From: Pristiophorus japonicus
Taxonomy: Eukaryota
Assembly (NCBI RefSeq): GCF_044704955.1
Contig: NW_027253893.1
Coordinates: 62,001-126,000 of the forward strand
Length of the DNA: 64,000 bases
Direction of reading: 5' to 3'
Positions 1-12,044 of this stretch are shown piece by piece (position 1 is the first letter of the stretch; each line of letters opens with the position of its first letter). Both the position numbers and the translations under genes were made by a program. Below the pieces are notes generated by a model. It made no database searches. It saw nothing but the letters and a program-made list of their open reading frames with translations, and was not told the DNA's origin.

Positions 1-1486
1 GGTGAATCTTCGCTGCACTCCCTCAATAGCAAGAATGTCCTTTCTCAAGTTAGGAGACCAAAACTGTACACAATACTCCAGGTGTGGCCTCAACAAGGCC
101 CTGTACAACTGTAGTAACACCTCCCTGCCCCTGTACTCAAATCCCCTCGCTATGAAGGCCAACATGCCATTTGCTTTCTTAACCGCCTGCTGTACCTGCA
201 TGCCAACCTTCAATGACTGATGTACCATGACACCCAGGTCTCGTTGCACCTCCCCTTTTCCTAATCTGTCACCATTCAGATAATAGTCTGTCTCTCTGTT
301 TTTAACCACCAAAGTGGATAACCTCATATTTATCCACATTATACTTCATCTGCCATGCATTTGCCCACTCACCTAACGTATCCAAGTCACTCTGCAGCCT
401 CATAGCATCCTCCTCGCAGCTCACACTGCCACCTAAATTAGTGTCATCCGCAAATTTGGAGATACTACATTTAATCCCCTCGTCTAAATCATTAATGTGC
501 AGTGTAAACAGCTGGGGCTCCAGCACAGAACCTTGCGGTACCCCACTAGTCACTGCCTGCCATTCTGAAAAGTACCCATTTACTCCTACTCTTTGCTTCC
601 TGTCTGACAACCAGTTCTCAATCCACGTCAGCACACTACCCCCAATCCCATGTGCTTTAACTTTGCACATTAATCTCTTGTGTGGGACCTTGTCGAAAGC
701 CTTCTGAAAGTCCAAATATACCACATCAACTGGTTCTCCCTTGTCCACTCTACTGGAAACATCCTCAAAAAATTTCAGAAGATTTGTCAAGCATGATTTC
801 CCTTTCACAAATCCATGCTGACTTGGACCTATCATGTCACCTCTTTCCAAATGCGCTGCTATGACATCCTTAATAATTGATTCCATCATTTTACCCACTA
901 CTGAAGTCAGGCTGACCGGTCTATAATTCCCTGTTTTCTCTCTCCGTCCTTTTTTAAAAAGTGGGGTTACATTGGCTACCCTCCACTCGATAGGAACTGA
1001 TCCAGAGTCAATGGAATGTTGGAAAATGACTATCAATGCATCCGCTATTTCCAAGGCCACCTCCTTAACTACTCTGGGATGGAGTCCACCAGGCTCTGGG
1101 AATTTATCGGCCTTCAATCCCATCAATTTCCCCAACACAATTTCCCAACTAATAAAGATTTCCCTCAGTTCCTCCTCCTTACTAGACCCTCTGACCCCTT
1201 TTATATCCGGAAGGTTATTTGTGTCCTCCTTAGTGAATACCGAACCAAAGTACTTGTTCAATTGATCTGCCATTTCTTTGTTCCCCGTTATGACTTCCCC
1301 TGATTCTGACTGCAGGGGACCTACATTTGTCTTTACTAACCTTTTTCTCTTTACATATCTATAGAAACTTTTGCAATCCGTCTTAATGTTCCCTGCAAGC
1401 TTCTTCTCGAACTCCATTTTCCCTGCCCTAATCAAACCCTTTGTCTTCCTCTGCTGAGTTCTAAATTTCTCCCAGTTCCCGAGTTC
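1..1486 (-). mobile_element. CR1-clade LINE, 5'-truncated ORF2 (RT) fragment, runs off the left edge
   Basis: ORF 302..1435(-) has non-LTR RT motifs [34 protein letters not shown]; nearly identical to copies at 2788-5915 and 28286-31180. Confidence 0.95.
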
Positions 1487-2789
1487 GCACTGACATTGAT
1501 TGGGAGATTAATGCACTGATGTTGATTGGGAGATTAATGCGCTGACATTGATTGGGAGATTAATGCACTGATGTTGATTGGGAGATTAATGCGCTGAAAT
1601 TGATTGGGAGATTAATGCGCTGACATTGATTGGGAGATTAATGAGATGACATTGATTGGGAGATTAGTGCACTGACGTTGATTGGGAGATTAATGCGATG
1701 ACATTGATTGGGAGATTAATGCATTGAACAGTGATTGGGAGATTAATACGGTGACCATTGATTGGGTGATTAATGCGCTGACATTCATTGAGACATTAAT
1801 GCGATGACATTGATTGGGAGATTAATGCACTGACGTTCATTGAGAGATTAATGCGATGACATTGATTGGGAGATTAGTGCACTGACATTGATTGGGAGAT
1901 TAATGCACTGACATTGATTGGGAGATTAATGCGCTGCCATTGATTGGGAGATTAATGCGCTGAGATTGATTGGGAGATTAATGCGCTGACATTGATTGGG
2001 AGATTAATGCACTGACGTTGATTGGGAGATTAATGCGATGACATTGATTGGGAGATTAGTGCACTGACATTGATTGGGAGATTAGTGCACTGACATTGTT
2101 TGGGAGATTAATGCATTGACATTGATTGGGAGATTAGTGCACTGACATTGATTGGGAGATTAATGCGATGACATTGATTGGGAGATTAGTGCACTGACAT
2201 TGATTGGGAGATTAGTGCACTGACATTGATTGGGAGATTAATGCATTGACATTGATTGGGAGATTAATGCGCTGCCATTGATTGGGAGATTAATGCGCTG
2301 AGATTGATTGGGAGATTAATGCGCTGACATTGATTGGGAGATTAATGCACTGACGTTGATTGGGAGATTAATGCGATGGCATTGATTGGGAGATTAGTGC
2401 ACTGACATTGATTGGGAGATTAGTGCACTGACATTGATTGGGAGATTAATGCACTGACATTGATTGGGAGATTAGTGCACTGACATTGATTGGGAGATTA
2501 ATGCGATGACATTGATTGGGAGATTAGTGCACTGACATTGATTGGGAGATTAGTGCACTGACATTGATTGGGAGATTAATGCACTGACATTGATTGGGAG
2601 ATTAATGCGCTGCCATTGATTGGGAGATTACTGCACTGACATTGATTGGGGGATTAATGCACTGACATTGATTGGGAGATTAATGCGCTGAGATTGATTG
2701 GGAGATTAATGCGCTGACATTGATTGGGAGATTAATGCACTGACGTTGATTGGGAGATTAATGCACTGAACAGTGACTGGGAGATTAAT
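1487..2789. repeat. 26-bp minisatellite (GCACTGACATTGATTGGGAGATTAAT)n, ~50 copies
   Basis: TGGGAGATTA recurs every 26 nt (1501, 1527, ...). Confidence 0.95.
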
Positions 2790-5700
2790 AGAACATAGAA
2801 ACATAGGAAATAGGTGCAGGAGTCGGCCATTTGGCCCTTCGAGCCTGCACCGCCATTCAATGAGTTCATGGCTGAACATGCAACTTCAGTACCCCATTCC
2901 TGCTTTCTCGCCATTCCCCTTAATCCCCCGAGTAGTAAGGACTACATCTAACTCCTTTTTGAATATATTTGGTGAATTGGCCTCAACAACTTTCTGTGGT
3001 AGAGAATTCCACAGGTTCACCACTCTCTGGGTGAAGAAATTTCTCCTCATCTCGGTCCTAAATGGCTTACCCCTTATCCTTCGACTGTGATCCCTGGTTT
3101 TGGACTTCCCCAACATTGGGAACATTCTTCCTGCATCTAGCCTGTCTAACCCCGTCAGAATTTTAAACGTTTCTATGAGTTCCCCTCTCATTCTTCTGAA
3201 CTCCAGTGAATACAAGCCAAGTTGATCCAGTCTTTCTTGATATGTCAGTCCCACCATCCCAGCAATCAGTCTGGTGAACCTTCGCTGCACTCCCTCAATA
3301 GCAAGAATGTCCTTCCTCAAGTTAGGAGACCAAAACTGTACACAATACTCCAGGTGTGGCCCTGTACAACTGTAGCAACACCTCCCTGCCCCTGTACTCA
3401 AATCCCCTCGCTTTGAAGGCCAACATGCCATTTGCTTTCTTAACCGCCTGCTGTACCTGCATGCCAACCTTCAATGACTGATGTACCATGACACCCAGGT
3501 CTCGTTGCACCTCTCCTTTTCCTAATCTGTCACCATTCAGATAATAGTCTGTCTCTCCGTTTTTACCACCAAAGTGGATAACCTCACAATTATCCAGATT
3601 ATACTTCATCTGCCATGCATTTGCCCACTCACCAAACCTATCCAAGTCACTCTGCAGCCTCATAGCATCCTCCTCGCAGCTCACACTGCCACCCAACTTA
3701 GTGTAATCCGCAAATTTGGAGATACTACATTTAATCCCCTCATCTATAGCATTAATGTACATTGTAAACAGCTGGGGCCCCAGCACAGAACCTTGCGGTA
3801 CCCCACTAGTCACTGCCTGCCATTCTGAAAAGTACCCATTTACTCCTACTCTTTGCTTTCTGTGTGCCAACCAGTTCTCAATCCACGTCAGCACACTACC
3901 CCCAATCCCATGTGCTTTAACTTTGCACATTAATCTCTTGTGTGGGACCTTGTCGAAAGCCTTCTGAAAGTCCAAATACACCACATCAACTGGTTCACCC
4001 TTGTCCATTCTACTGGAAACATCCTCAAAAAATTCCAGAAGATTTGTCAAGCATGATTTCCCTTTCACAAATCCATGCTGACTTGGACCTATCATGTCAC
4101 TTCTTTCCAAATGCGCTGCTATGACATCCTTAATAATTGATTCCATCATTTTACCCACGACCGATGTCAGGCTGACCGGTCTATAATTCCCTGTTTTCTC
4201 TCTCCCTCCTTTTTTAAAAAGTGGTGTTACATTGGCTACCCTCCACTCCATAGGAACTGATCCAGAGTCTATGGAATGTTGGAAAATGACTGTCAATGCA
4301 TCCGCTATTTCCAAGGCCACCTCCTTAAGTACTCTGGGATGCAGTCCATCAGGCCCTGGGGATTTATCGGCCTTCAATCCCATCAATTTCCCCAACACAA
4401 TTTCCCGACTAATATGGATTTCCCTCAGTTCCTCCTTCTCACTCGACCCTCTGACCCCTTTTATATCCAGAAGGTTGTTTGTGTCCTCCTTAGTGAATAC
4501 CGAACCAAAGTACTTGTTCAATTGGTCTGCCATTTCTTTGTTCCCCGTTATGACTTCCCCTGCTTCTGACTGCAGGGGACCTACGTTTGTCTTTACTTAT
4601 CTTTTTCTCTTTACATATCTATAGAAACTTTTGCAATCCATTTTAATGTTCCCTGCAAGCTTCCTCTCGTTCTCTATTTTCCCTGCCCTAATCAAACCCT
4701 TTGTTCTCCTCTGCTGAGTTCTAAATTTCTCTCAGTCCCCGGGTTCACTGCTATTTCTGGCCAATTTGTATGCCACTTCCTTGGCTTTAATACTATCCCT
4801 GATTTCCCTTGATAGCCACGGTTGAGCCACCTTCCCTTTTTTATTTTTACGCCAGACAGGGATGTACAATTGTAGTTCATCCATGCGGTCTCGAAATGTC
4901 TGCCATTGCCCATCCACTGTCAACCCCCTCAGTATAATTCGCCAATCTATCCTAGCCAATTCACACCTCATAACTTCAAAGTTACCCTTCTTTAAGTTCT
5001 GGACCATGGTCCCTGAATTAACTGTTTCATTCTCCATCCTGATGTAGAATTCCACCATATTATGGTCACTCTTCCCCAAGGGGCCTCGCACAACGAGATT
5101 GCTAATTAATCCTCTCTCATTACACAACACCCAGTCTAAGATGGCCTCCTCCCTAGTTGGTTCCTTGACATATTGGTCTAGAAAACCATCCCAGGAAGCA
5201 CTCCAGGAAATCCTCCTCCACCGTATTGCTTCCAGTTTGGTTAGCCCAATCTATATGCATATTAAAGTCACCCATGATAACTGCTGAACCTTTATTGCAT
5301 GCACCCCTAATTTCCAGTTTGAAGCCCTCCCCAACATCACTACTACTGTTTGGACGTCTGTACACAACTCCCACTTGCGGTTTCTGCCCCTTGGTATTCC
5401 GTAGCTCCACCCATACCGATTCCACATCATCCACGCTAATATCTTTCGTTACAATTGCATTAATTTCCTCGATAAACAGCAACACCACCCCACCTCCTTT
5501 TCCTTTCTGTCTATCTTTCCTAAATGCTGAATACCCCTGGATGTTGAGTTCCCAGCCTTGGTCACCCTGGAGCCATGTCTCCGTGATGCCAACCACATCG
5601 TATCCATTAACTGCTATCTGCACAGTTAATTCATCCACCTTATTCCGAATACTCCTCACATTGAGGCACAGAGCCTTCAGGCTTGTCTTTTTAACACACT

Positions 5701-5915
5701 TATACCCTTTAGAATGTTGCTGCAAAGTGGCCCTTTTTGTTTTTTGCCTTGGGTTTCTCTGCCCTCCACTTTTACTCATTTCCTTTCTGTCTTTTGCTTC
5801 TGTCTCCAATATGTTTCCCTCTGTCTCCCTGCATTGGTTCCCATCCCCCTGCCATATTAGTTTAACTCCTCCCCAACAGTACTAGCAAACACTCCCCCGA
5901 GGACATTGGTTCCTG
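2788..5915 (-). mobile_element. CR1 LINE, truncated in the ORF1 3' end; ORF2 (APE endonuclease + RT) broken by frameshifts
   Basis: ORFs 5153..5809 (GITETW, MGDFN), 4732..5130 (SDHN), 3322..4533 (RT), 2886..3467 (C-term); CR1 tail (ATAGAAAC-type on +) at 2788-2810. Confidence 0.95.
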
Positions 5916-6125
5916 TGACATGGCTGATCATGCAACTTCAGTACCCCATTCCTGCTTTTGCTCAATACCCCTTGAGCCCTTTAGCCGTAAGGGCCACATC
6001 TAACTCCCTTTTGAATATATCGAACGAACTGGCCTCAACAACTTTCTGTGGTAGTGAATTCCACAGGTTCACAATTCTCTGAGTGATGAAGTTTTCCTCA
6101 TCTCAGTCCTAAATGGCTTACCCCT
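5916..6125 (-). mobile_element. CR1 3'-end fragment
   Basis: Matches 2870-3075 (catggctga...cagtaccccattcctgct...aatggcttacccc). Confidence 0.8.
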
Positions 6126-6134
6126 TTTCCTTCG

Positions 6135-6600
6135 GGAGAAGCTGCCGGATTGTGGTAAAAACCCACCGGGTTCACAAGAATAAAAGAATTAGGAGCAGGA
6201 GTCCGCCATTCGGCCCCTCGAGCCTGCCCCGCCATTTAATAAGATCATGGCTGATCATCGCCCTCAACTCCACTTTCCTGCACTATCCCCATATCCCTTG
6301 ATTCCCTTAATATCCAAAAATCTATCGATCTCCGTCTTAAATATACTGAAAGGCTGAGCCTCCAGCCCTCTGGGGCAGAGAATTGCAGAGATTCACCCCC
6401 CTCTGAGTGAAGAAGTTTCTCCTTATCTCAGGTTTAAATGGCCGACCCCTTATTCTGAGACTGTGACCCCGATTCATTAACGTTCTTCAGGGAAGTGAAC
6501 CTGCCGCCCCCTCCCCAGTCTGGGCCTACATGTGACTCCAGTCACACACACTCCCAGGGCAACTAGGGATGGGCAATAAATGCCAGCCACACTGACCTGA
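6135..6600. mobile_element. SINE-like element (+) interrupted by a CR1 3' end (-, ~6175-6470)
   Basis: gtaaaaacccaccgggttcac ... cagggaag...ggcctacatgtgactccag ... ggcaactagggatgggcaataaatgc; related copy at 20740-21115; insert has aagaataaaagaattaggagcagg CR1 tail. Confidence 0.6.
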
Positions 6601-6871
6601 AAAATTAAAAAGAAAATCTAAGCCCTTGGTGATAGAGCGATTGCAGTAAAAGGCAATTAAAAGCGGTGATTAATGAACTCTCAGGAATAGGGCAAGGATC
6701 GGACTGGGCAGAGATTGATGTAAACCGACACGTTATCACAGGTGACTCCATTCCCCAGAATTTGACAGGGGGAAATAAATTGCTAAAAACGATGGAACAA
6801 GTGTGTGTGTGTGTGTGGAGGTTGTGCAGGATAGAGAGGGTGAGAGTAACAGAGAGAAAGGAGAGCAAGAA

Positions 6872-7045
6872 TGAAAGAAAGACGCATTTATATAGTGCCT
6901 TTCACAGCCACCGGACATCCCAAAGCACTTTACAGCCAATGAAGTACTTTTGGAGTGTGGTCACTGTTGTAATGTGGGAAATGCGGCAGCCAATTTGTGC
7001 ACAGCAAGCTCCCACACACAGCAATGTGATAATGACCCGACAATC
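6872..7045 (-). mobile_element. Deu-domain SINE 3' half (SacSINE1-like)
   Basis: Reverse complement of the 31670-31825 tail (gaaagacgcatttatatagtgcctttcac...caatttgtgcacagcaagctccc). Confidence 0.85.
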
Positions 7046-7049
7046 TGTG

Positions 7050-7436
7050 GCCACACTCCAAAAGTACTTCATTGGCTGCATAGCCCTCTGGGACACCCTG
7101 TGACTGTGAAGCCCCCCGGGGACACCCCCTCTGGGATGGTGAAGCCTTGCAGGGGACATCCCCCCGGGGACACCCCCTCTGGGACACCCCCTCTGGGACC
7201 GTGAAGCCCCCCAGGGGACACCCCCCGGGGACACCCTGCATCCGGGGACACCCTGCGACCGGGGACACCCCCCCGGGGACACCCCCCCGGGACACCCCCC
7301 CGGGACACCCTGCGACTGTGAAGCCCCTCGGGGACACCCCCCGGGGTCACCCTGCGACTGTGAAGCCCCCCGGGGACACCCCCCCGGGGTCATCCTGCGA
7401 CTGTGAAGGGCGCTATACAAAGGCGAGTCTTTTTTA
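7050..7436 (+). repeat. SINE 3' tail with internal GC-rich expansion of GGGACACCCCCC / GACTGTGAAG units
   Basis: Begins caaaagtacttcattggctg, ends gtgaagggcgctatacaaaggcgagtcttt; the gggacatcc...gtgaa motif is reiterated between. Confidence 0.75.
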
Positions 7437-7609
7437 AAAACAGGAAAACAAAATAAAAACCTGGAAATCTGAATTTGAAAACAAAGTTGTGATGAAAGGT
7501 CACGGACCGGAAACGTTTCTCTGACCCCAGCCGCGGCCGGAGCTGCTGAACGTTTCCAGAGCGGGCGGCACAGCGATATCAGTCGGTCATCTTCCACCCT
7601 GGGACCGGG

Positions 7610-8150
7610 AGGTCAGTGGGGGTCAGAGCGGGATCGGTGGGGGTCAGAGTGGGTCAGAGCGGGGTCAGAGCGGGTCGGTGGGGGTCAGAGCGGGGCCGGT
7701 GGGGGTCAGAGCGGGGCCGGTGGGGGTCAGAGCGGTGTCGGTGGGGGTCAGAGCGGGGTCGGTGGGGGTCAGAGCGGGTCGGTGGGGATCAGAGCGGGGT
7801 CAATGGAGGTCAGAGCGGGGTCGGTGGAGGTTAGAGCGAGGTCGGTGGGGGTCAGAGCGGGGTCGGTGGAGGTCAGAGCGGGGTCGGTGGAGGTCAGAGT
7901 GGGGTCGGTGGAGGTCAGAGTGGGGTCGGTGGAGGTCAGAGCGGGGTCAGTGTGGGTCAGAACGGGGTCGGTGGAGGTCAGAGCGGGGTCGGTGGGGGTC
8001 AGAGCGGGGTCGTTTGAGGTCAGAGCGGGGTCGGTGGGGGTCAGAACGGGGTCGGTGGGGGTCAGAGCGGGTCGGTGGGGGTCAGAGCGGGTGGGTGGGG
8101 GTCAGAGCGGGTCGGTGGGGGTCGGTGGGGGTCAGAGCGGGGTCGGTGGC
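7610..8150. repeat. ~21-bp G-rich minisatellite (GGGGTCGGTGGGGGTCAGAGC)n, ~25 copies
   Basis: Direct reading; translates as 7-aa repeats (GVRAGSV). Confidence 0.93.
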
Positions 8151-8405
8151 GGTCCTTCTCATCTCAGTTTTAAATGGGCGACCCCTTACTCTGAAACTAT
8201 TCCCCTAGTTGTAGATTCCCCCACGAGGGGAAATATCCTCTCTGTGTCGACCTTGTCGAGCCCCCTCAGAATCTTATATGTTTCAATAAGGTCACCTCTC
8301 TGTCTTCTAAACTCCAACTTACTCAGCCTTTCCTCATAAGTCAAACCCTTCATCTCAGGAATCGACCTGGTGAACTTCTCTGAACTGCCTCCAATGCCAG
8401 TATAA
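8150..8405 (-). mobile_element. CR1 ORF2 C-terminal fragment
   Basis: ORF 8186..8431(-) YEERLSKL...RGDLIETYKI. Confidence 0.8.
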
Positions 8406-8446
8406 TGTTGTCTTTGGGGACAGATGGACAATAGCCGCCCATTGGC

Positions 8447-9345
8447 AGTGGCTCAGTGGGAAGCACTCTCGCCTCGGACTCACGTGGGCGTGGGTTCAAG
8501 TCCCGCTCCGGAGACTTGAGCACATAAATCTAGGCCGACACTCCCAGTGCAGTGCTGAGGGAGTGCTGCACTGTCGGAGGGGCAGTACTGATGGAGCACC
8601 GCACTGTCGGAGGGGCAGTACTGAGGAAGTGCTGCACTGTCGTAGGGGCAGTACTGAGGGAGTGCTGCACTGTCGGAGGGGCAGTATTGAGGGAGTGCCG
8701 CACTTTCGGAGGGGCGGTACTGAGGGAGTGCTGCACTGTCGGAGGGGCAGTACTAAGGGAGTGCTGCACTGTCGGAGGGGCAGTACTGAGGGAGCACCGC
8801 ACTGTCGGAGGGGCAGTACTGAGGGAGCGCCGCACTGTCGGAGGGGCAGTACTAAGGGAGCGCTGCACTGTCGGAGGGGCAGTACTGAGGGAGTGCCGCA
8901 CTGTCGGAGGGGCAGTACTGAGGGAGTGCCGCACTGTCGGAGGGGCGGTACTGAGGGAGTGCCGCACTGTCGGAGGGGCGGTACTGAGGGAGTGCCGTAC
9001 TGTCGGAGGGGCGGTACTGAGGGAGTGCCGCACTGTCGGAGGGGCGGTACTGAGGGACCGCCGTACTGTCGGAGGGGCAGTACTGAGGGAGCGCCGCACT
9101 GTTGGAGGTGCCGTCTTTCAGGTGAATGGTTAAGCTGATTCCCTGAGGTCCTGGGCCAATACTTATCCCTGAAGATCACAAAAACAGATGATCTGGTCAT
9201 TACCAGCTTATTTTGTGTGGGAGCTTGCTGTGCACAAACTCGCTATCATTGTGTTACACTTCAAAAGTACTTCAGTGGCTGTAAAGCGCTCAGGGACATC
9301 CTGAGATCATCAAAGGCGCTATATAAATGCAAGTTCTTCCTTTCG
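8447..9345 (+). mobile_element. tRNA-derived SINE with internal 33-bp unit expanded to ~17 copies
   Basis: Pol III A box TGGCTCAGTGG (~8450), B box GGTTCAAGTCC (~8493); (TGAGGGAGTGCTGCACTGTCGGAGGGGCAGTAC)n at 8556-9110; tail ggcgctatataaatgcaagtt. Confidence 0.88.
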
Positions 9346-9384
9346 CAACCTCTTCTAATGCATGACGATCAAGCTTGGTTAAAA

Positions 9385-10050
9385 AAAAGAAATACTTGCA
9401 TTTATATAACACCTTTCACAACCACCGGACGTCTCAAAGTGCTTTACAGCCAATGAAGTACTTTATGAAGTGTAGTCACTGTTGTAATTAAGGAATCAAT
9501 ATTGGCCCAGGACACCGGGGATAGCCCCACCTGCTCTTCTTCGAAATAGAGCCATTGGATCTTTTACATCCACCTGAGAGAGCAGGCGGGGCCTCGGTTT
9601 AACATCTCATCGCTCAGTGCTCCCTCAGTAGTGCCCTTCCGACAGTGCAGCACTCCCTCAGTACTGCCCCGCCGACAGTGCAGCACTCCCTCAGTACTGC
9701 CCCTCCGACAGTGCAGCACTCCCTCAGTACTGCCCCTCCGACAGTGCAGCACTCCCTCAGTACTGCCCCTCCGACAGTGCAGCACTCCCTCAGTATTGCC
9801 CCTCCGACAGTGCGACGCTCCGACAGTGCAGCACTCCCTCAGTACTGCCCCTCCAACAGTGCAGCACTCCCTCAGTACTGCCCCTCCGACAGTACAGCAC
9901 TCCCTCAGTACTGCCCCTCCGACAGTGCAGCACTCCCTCAGTACTGCACTGGAGTGTCAGCCTGGATTTAAATATTCAAGTCCCTGGAGTGGGATTTGAA
10001 CCCACAACCTCCTGACTCCGAGGCGAGTGAGCTGCCCACTGAGCCACAGC
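9385..10050 (-). mobile_element. Deu-domain tRNA-SINE with the same 33-bp unit expanded (~10 copies)
   Basis: B box gggatttgaaccc (9991) and A box cccactgagccac (~10035) read on minus; Deu-like ctgctcttcttcgaaatag..ccattggatcttttac; tail at 9385-9420. Confidence 0.88.
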
Positions 10051-10426
10051 TGACACTGGAACCTGTGAAATCTAACCCAGTTAGGGGATAAATGATGACA
10101 TGGAATTGGCACAGCACTAAGATCGAGTCCTTCACTGGAACAGTAAAGCTCGAGAACACATGGGAAATATAAAGTGATTTTGTTCAGAATCTAACCGGAC
10201 TGATCACTGACTTCACATTGAAGCAAAAACGTATTCCGTCCCTGAGCCTCACAGAATATTGAAGAACGGCAAATCATGTGTTTCTGTCATGGGACAATAA
10301 CTGCTCTGCCGTCTACCACAATGAGGGCCCCAGAGCGTTCCCACCTTCTGTTGATTTGTTTTGCACTTTTTATATGAAACTAAACTGCTGCAGTTTGCTT
10401 TCATACCTAAAGAACAGGTATTCCAA

Positions 10427-11070
10427 AGTACCTGCCCTGGGAGTGTTTGGTAGGACAGTGTAGAGGGAGCTTTACTCTGTATCTAACCCGTGCTGTACCT
10501 GCCCTGGGAGTGTTTGATGGGACAGTGTAGAGGGAGCTTTACTCTGTATCTAACCCGTGCTGTACCTGCCCTGGGAGTGTTTGATGGGACAGTGTAGAGG
10601 GAGCTTTACTCTGTATCTAACCCCCCTGTACCTGCCCTGGGAGTGTTTGATGGGACAGTGTAGAGGGAGCTTTACTCTGTATCTAACCCCCTGTACCTGC
10701 CCTGGGAGTGTTTGATGGGATAGTGTAGCGGGAGCTTTATTCTGTATCTAACCCCGTGTGTACCTGCCCTGGGAGTGTTTGATGGGACAGTGCAGAGGGA
10801 GTTTTACTCTGTATCTAACCCGTGCTGTACCTGCCCTGGGTGTGTTTGGTGGGCCATGTAGAGGGAGCTTTACTCTTTATCTAACCCCCTGTACCTGCCC
10901 TGGGAGTGTTTGGTGGGCCATGTAGAGGGAGCTTTACTCTGTATCTAACCCGTGCTGTACCTGCCTTGGGAGTGTTTGATGGGACAGTGTAGAGGGAGCT
11001 TTACTCTGTATCTAACCCGTGCTGTACTTGCCCTGGGTGTGTTTGGTGGGCCATGTAGAGGGAGCCTTAC
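10427..11070. repeat. 67-bp minisatellite (GTACCTGCCCTGGGAGTGTTTGATGGGACAGTGTAGAGGGAGCTTTACTCTGTATCTAACCCGTGCT)n, ~9.5 copies
   Basis: GTACCTGCCC at 10428, 10495, 10562 ... Confidence 0.93.
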
Positions 11071-11484
11071 TTTACACTGATGTCAATGGAATGCTAACTC
11101 AGACGGAGTGTGATACCAGCTGCTGATTTGCCATTAACCGATTTACTATACACCCAAAGGCAATTACAGCTTTGTGGAATGAGACACAGGAGGAGACCAG
11201 TCAGCCAGCCACGCCTGGTCGAGCTCACGAATTAATCCCAGTCCCCTGCTTGTTCCCCATAACCTTGTAAAAGGTTTTCACATGAAGTATTTATCCAATT
11301 CTCATTTAAAAGATACTGTGGAACCTGCTCCCACCGCCCTTTCACACACTGCGTTCCAGATCATAACAACTCGCTGTGTAAAACCTTTCCTTATTTACCC
11401 CAATATTGTCTCCAAAAGTTTCCCCACTGAAGTCAGGCTGACTGGCCTGTTGCTCCCTTATACACTTCACCTGCTTTCTCAATT

Positions 11485-11655
11485 CATAGAAACATAGAAA
11501 ATAGGTGCAGGAGTAGGCCATTCGGCCCTTCGAGCCTGCACCACCATTCAAAAAGATCATGGCTGATCATTCCCTCAGTACCCCTTTCCTGCTTTCTCTC
11601 CATACCCCTTGATCCCTTTAGCCGTAAGGGCCACATCTAACTCCCTTTTGAATTT
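11485..11655 (-). mobile_element. CR1 3'-end fragment
   Basis: catagaaacatagaaaataggtgcaggagtaggccattcggccc tail. Confidence 0.85.
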
Positions 11656-12044
11656 TAAAAACTGCTTCTTCCCCAAGGAAAACAAACTGAAGTGTCCTTA
11701 ATCCCAACAATAAATCCCGAGATATTTTTAATATCCGTGCAATGCTGACTGAGGCTGTTCATTATACCGGATGGGCCTCATACACTACATTACCGTATTA
11801 GGTTGATGGGTGTTTTTGTGACTGGAAGGATGTTTCCAGTGGGGTTCCGCAGGGCTCAGTACTGGGTCCCTTGCTTTTTCTGGTATATATCAATGATCTA
11901 GACTGAAATGTTGGGGGTATGATTCAGAAGTTTGATACTAAAATTGGCCGTGTGGTTGATAATGAAGAAGAAAGCTGTGGACTGCAGGAAGATATCAATG
12001 TACTGGTCAGGTGGGCAGAACTGTGGCAAATGAAATACAAACCA

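Noticed and set aside
6902-9999. Mucin-like, collagen-like or Cys-rich repetitive ORFs (e.g. STAPPTVQHSL)
   Set aside because: Open in several frames on both strands because the units are 21 or 33 bp; derived from SINE or minisatellite DNA.
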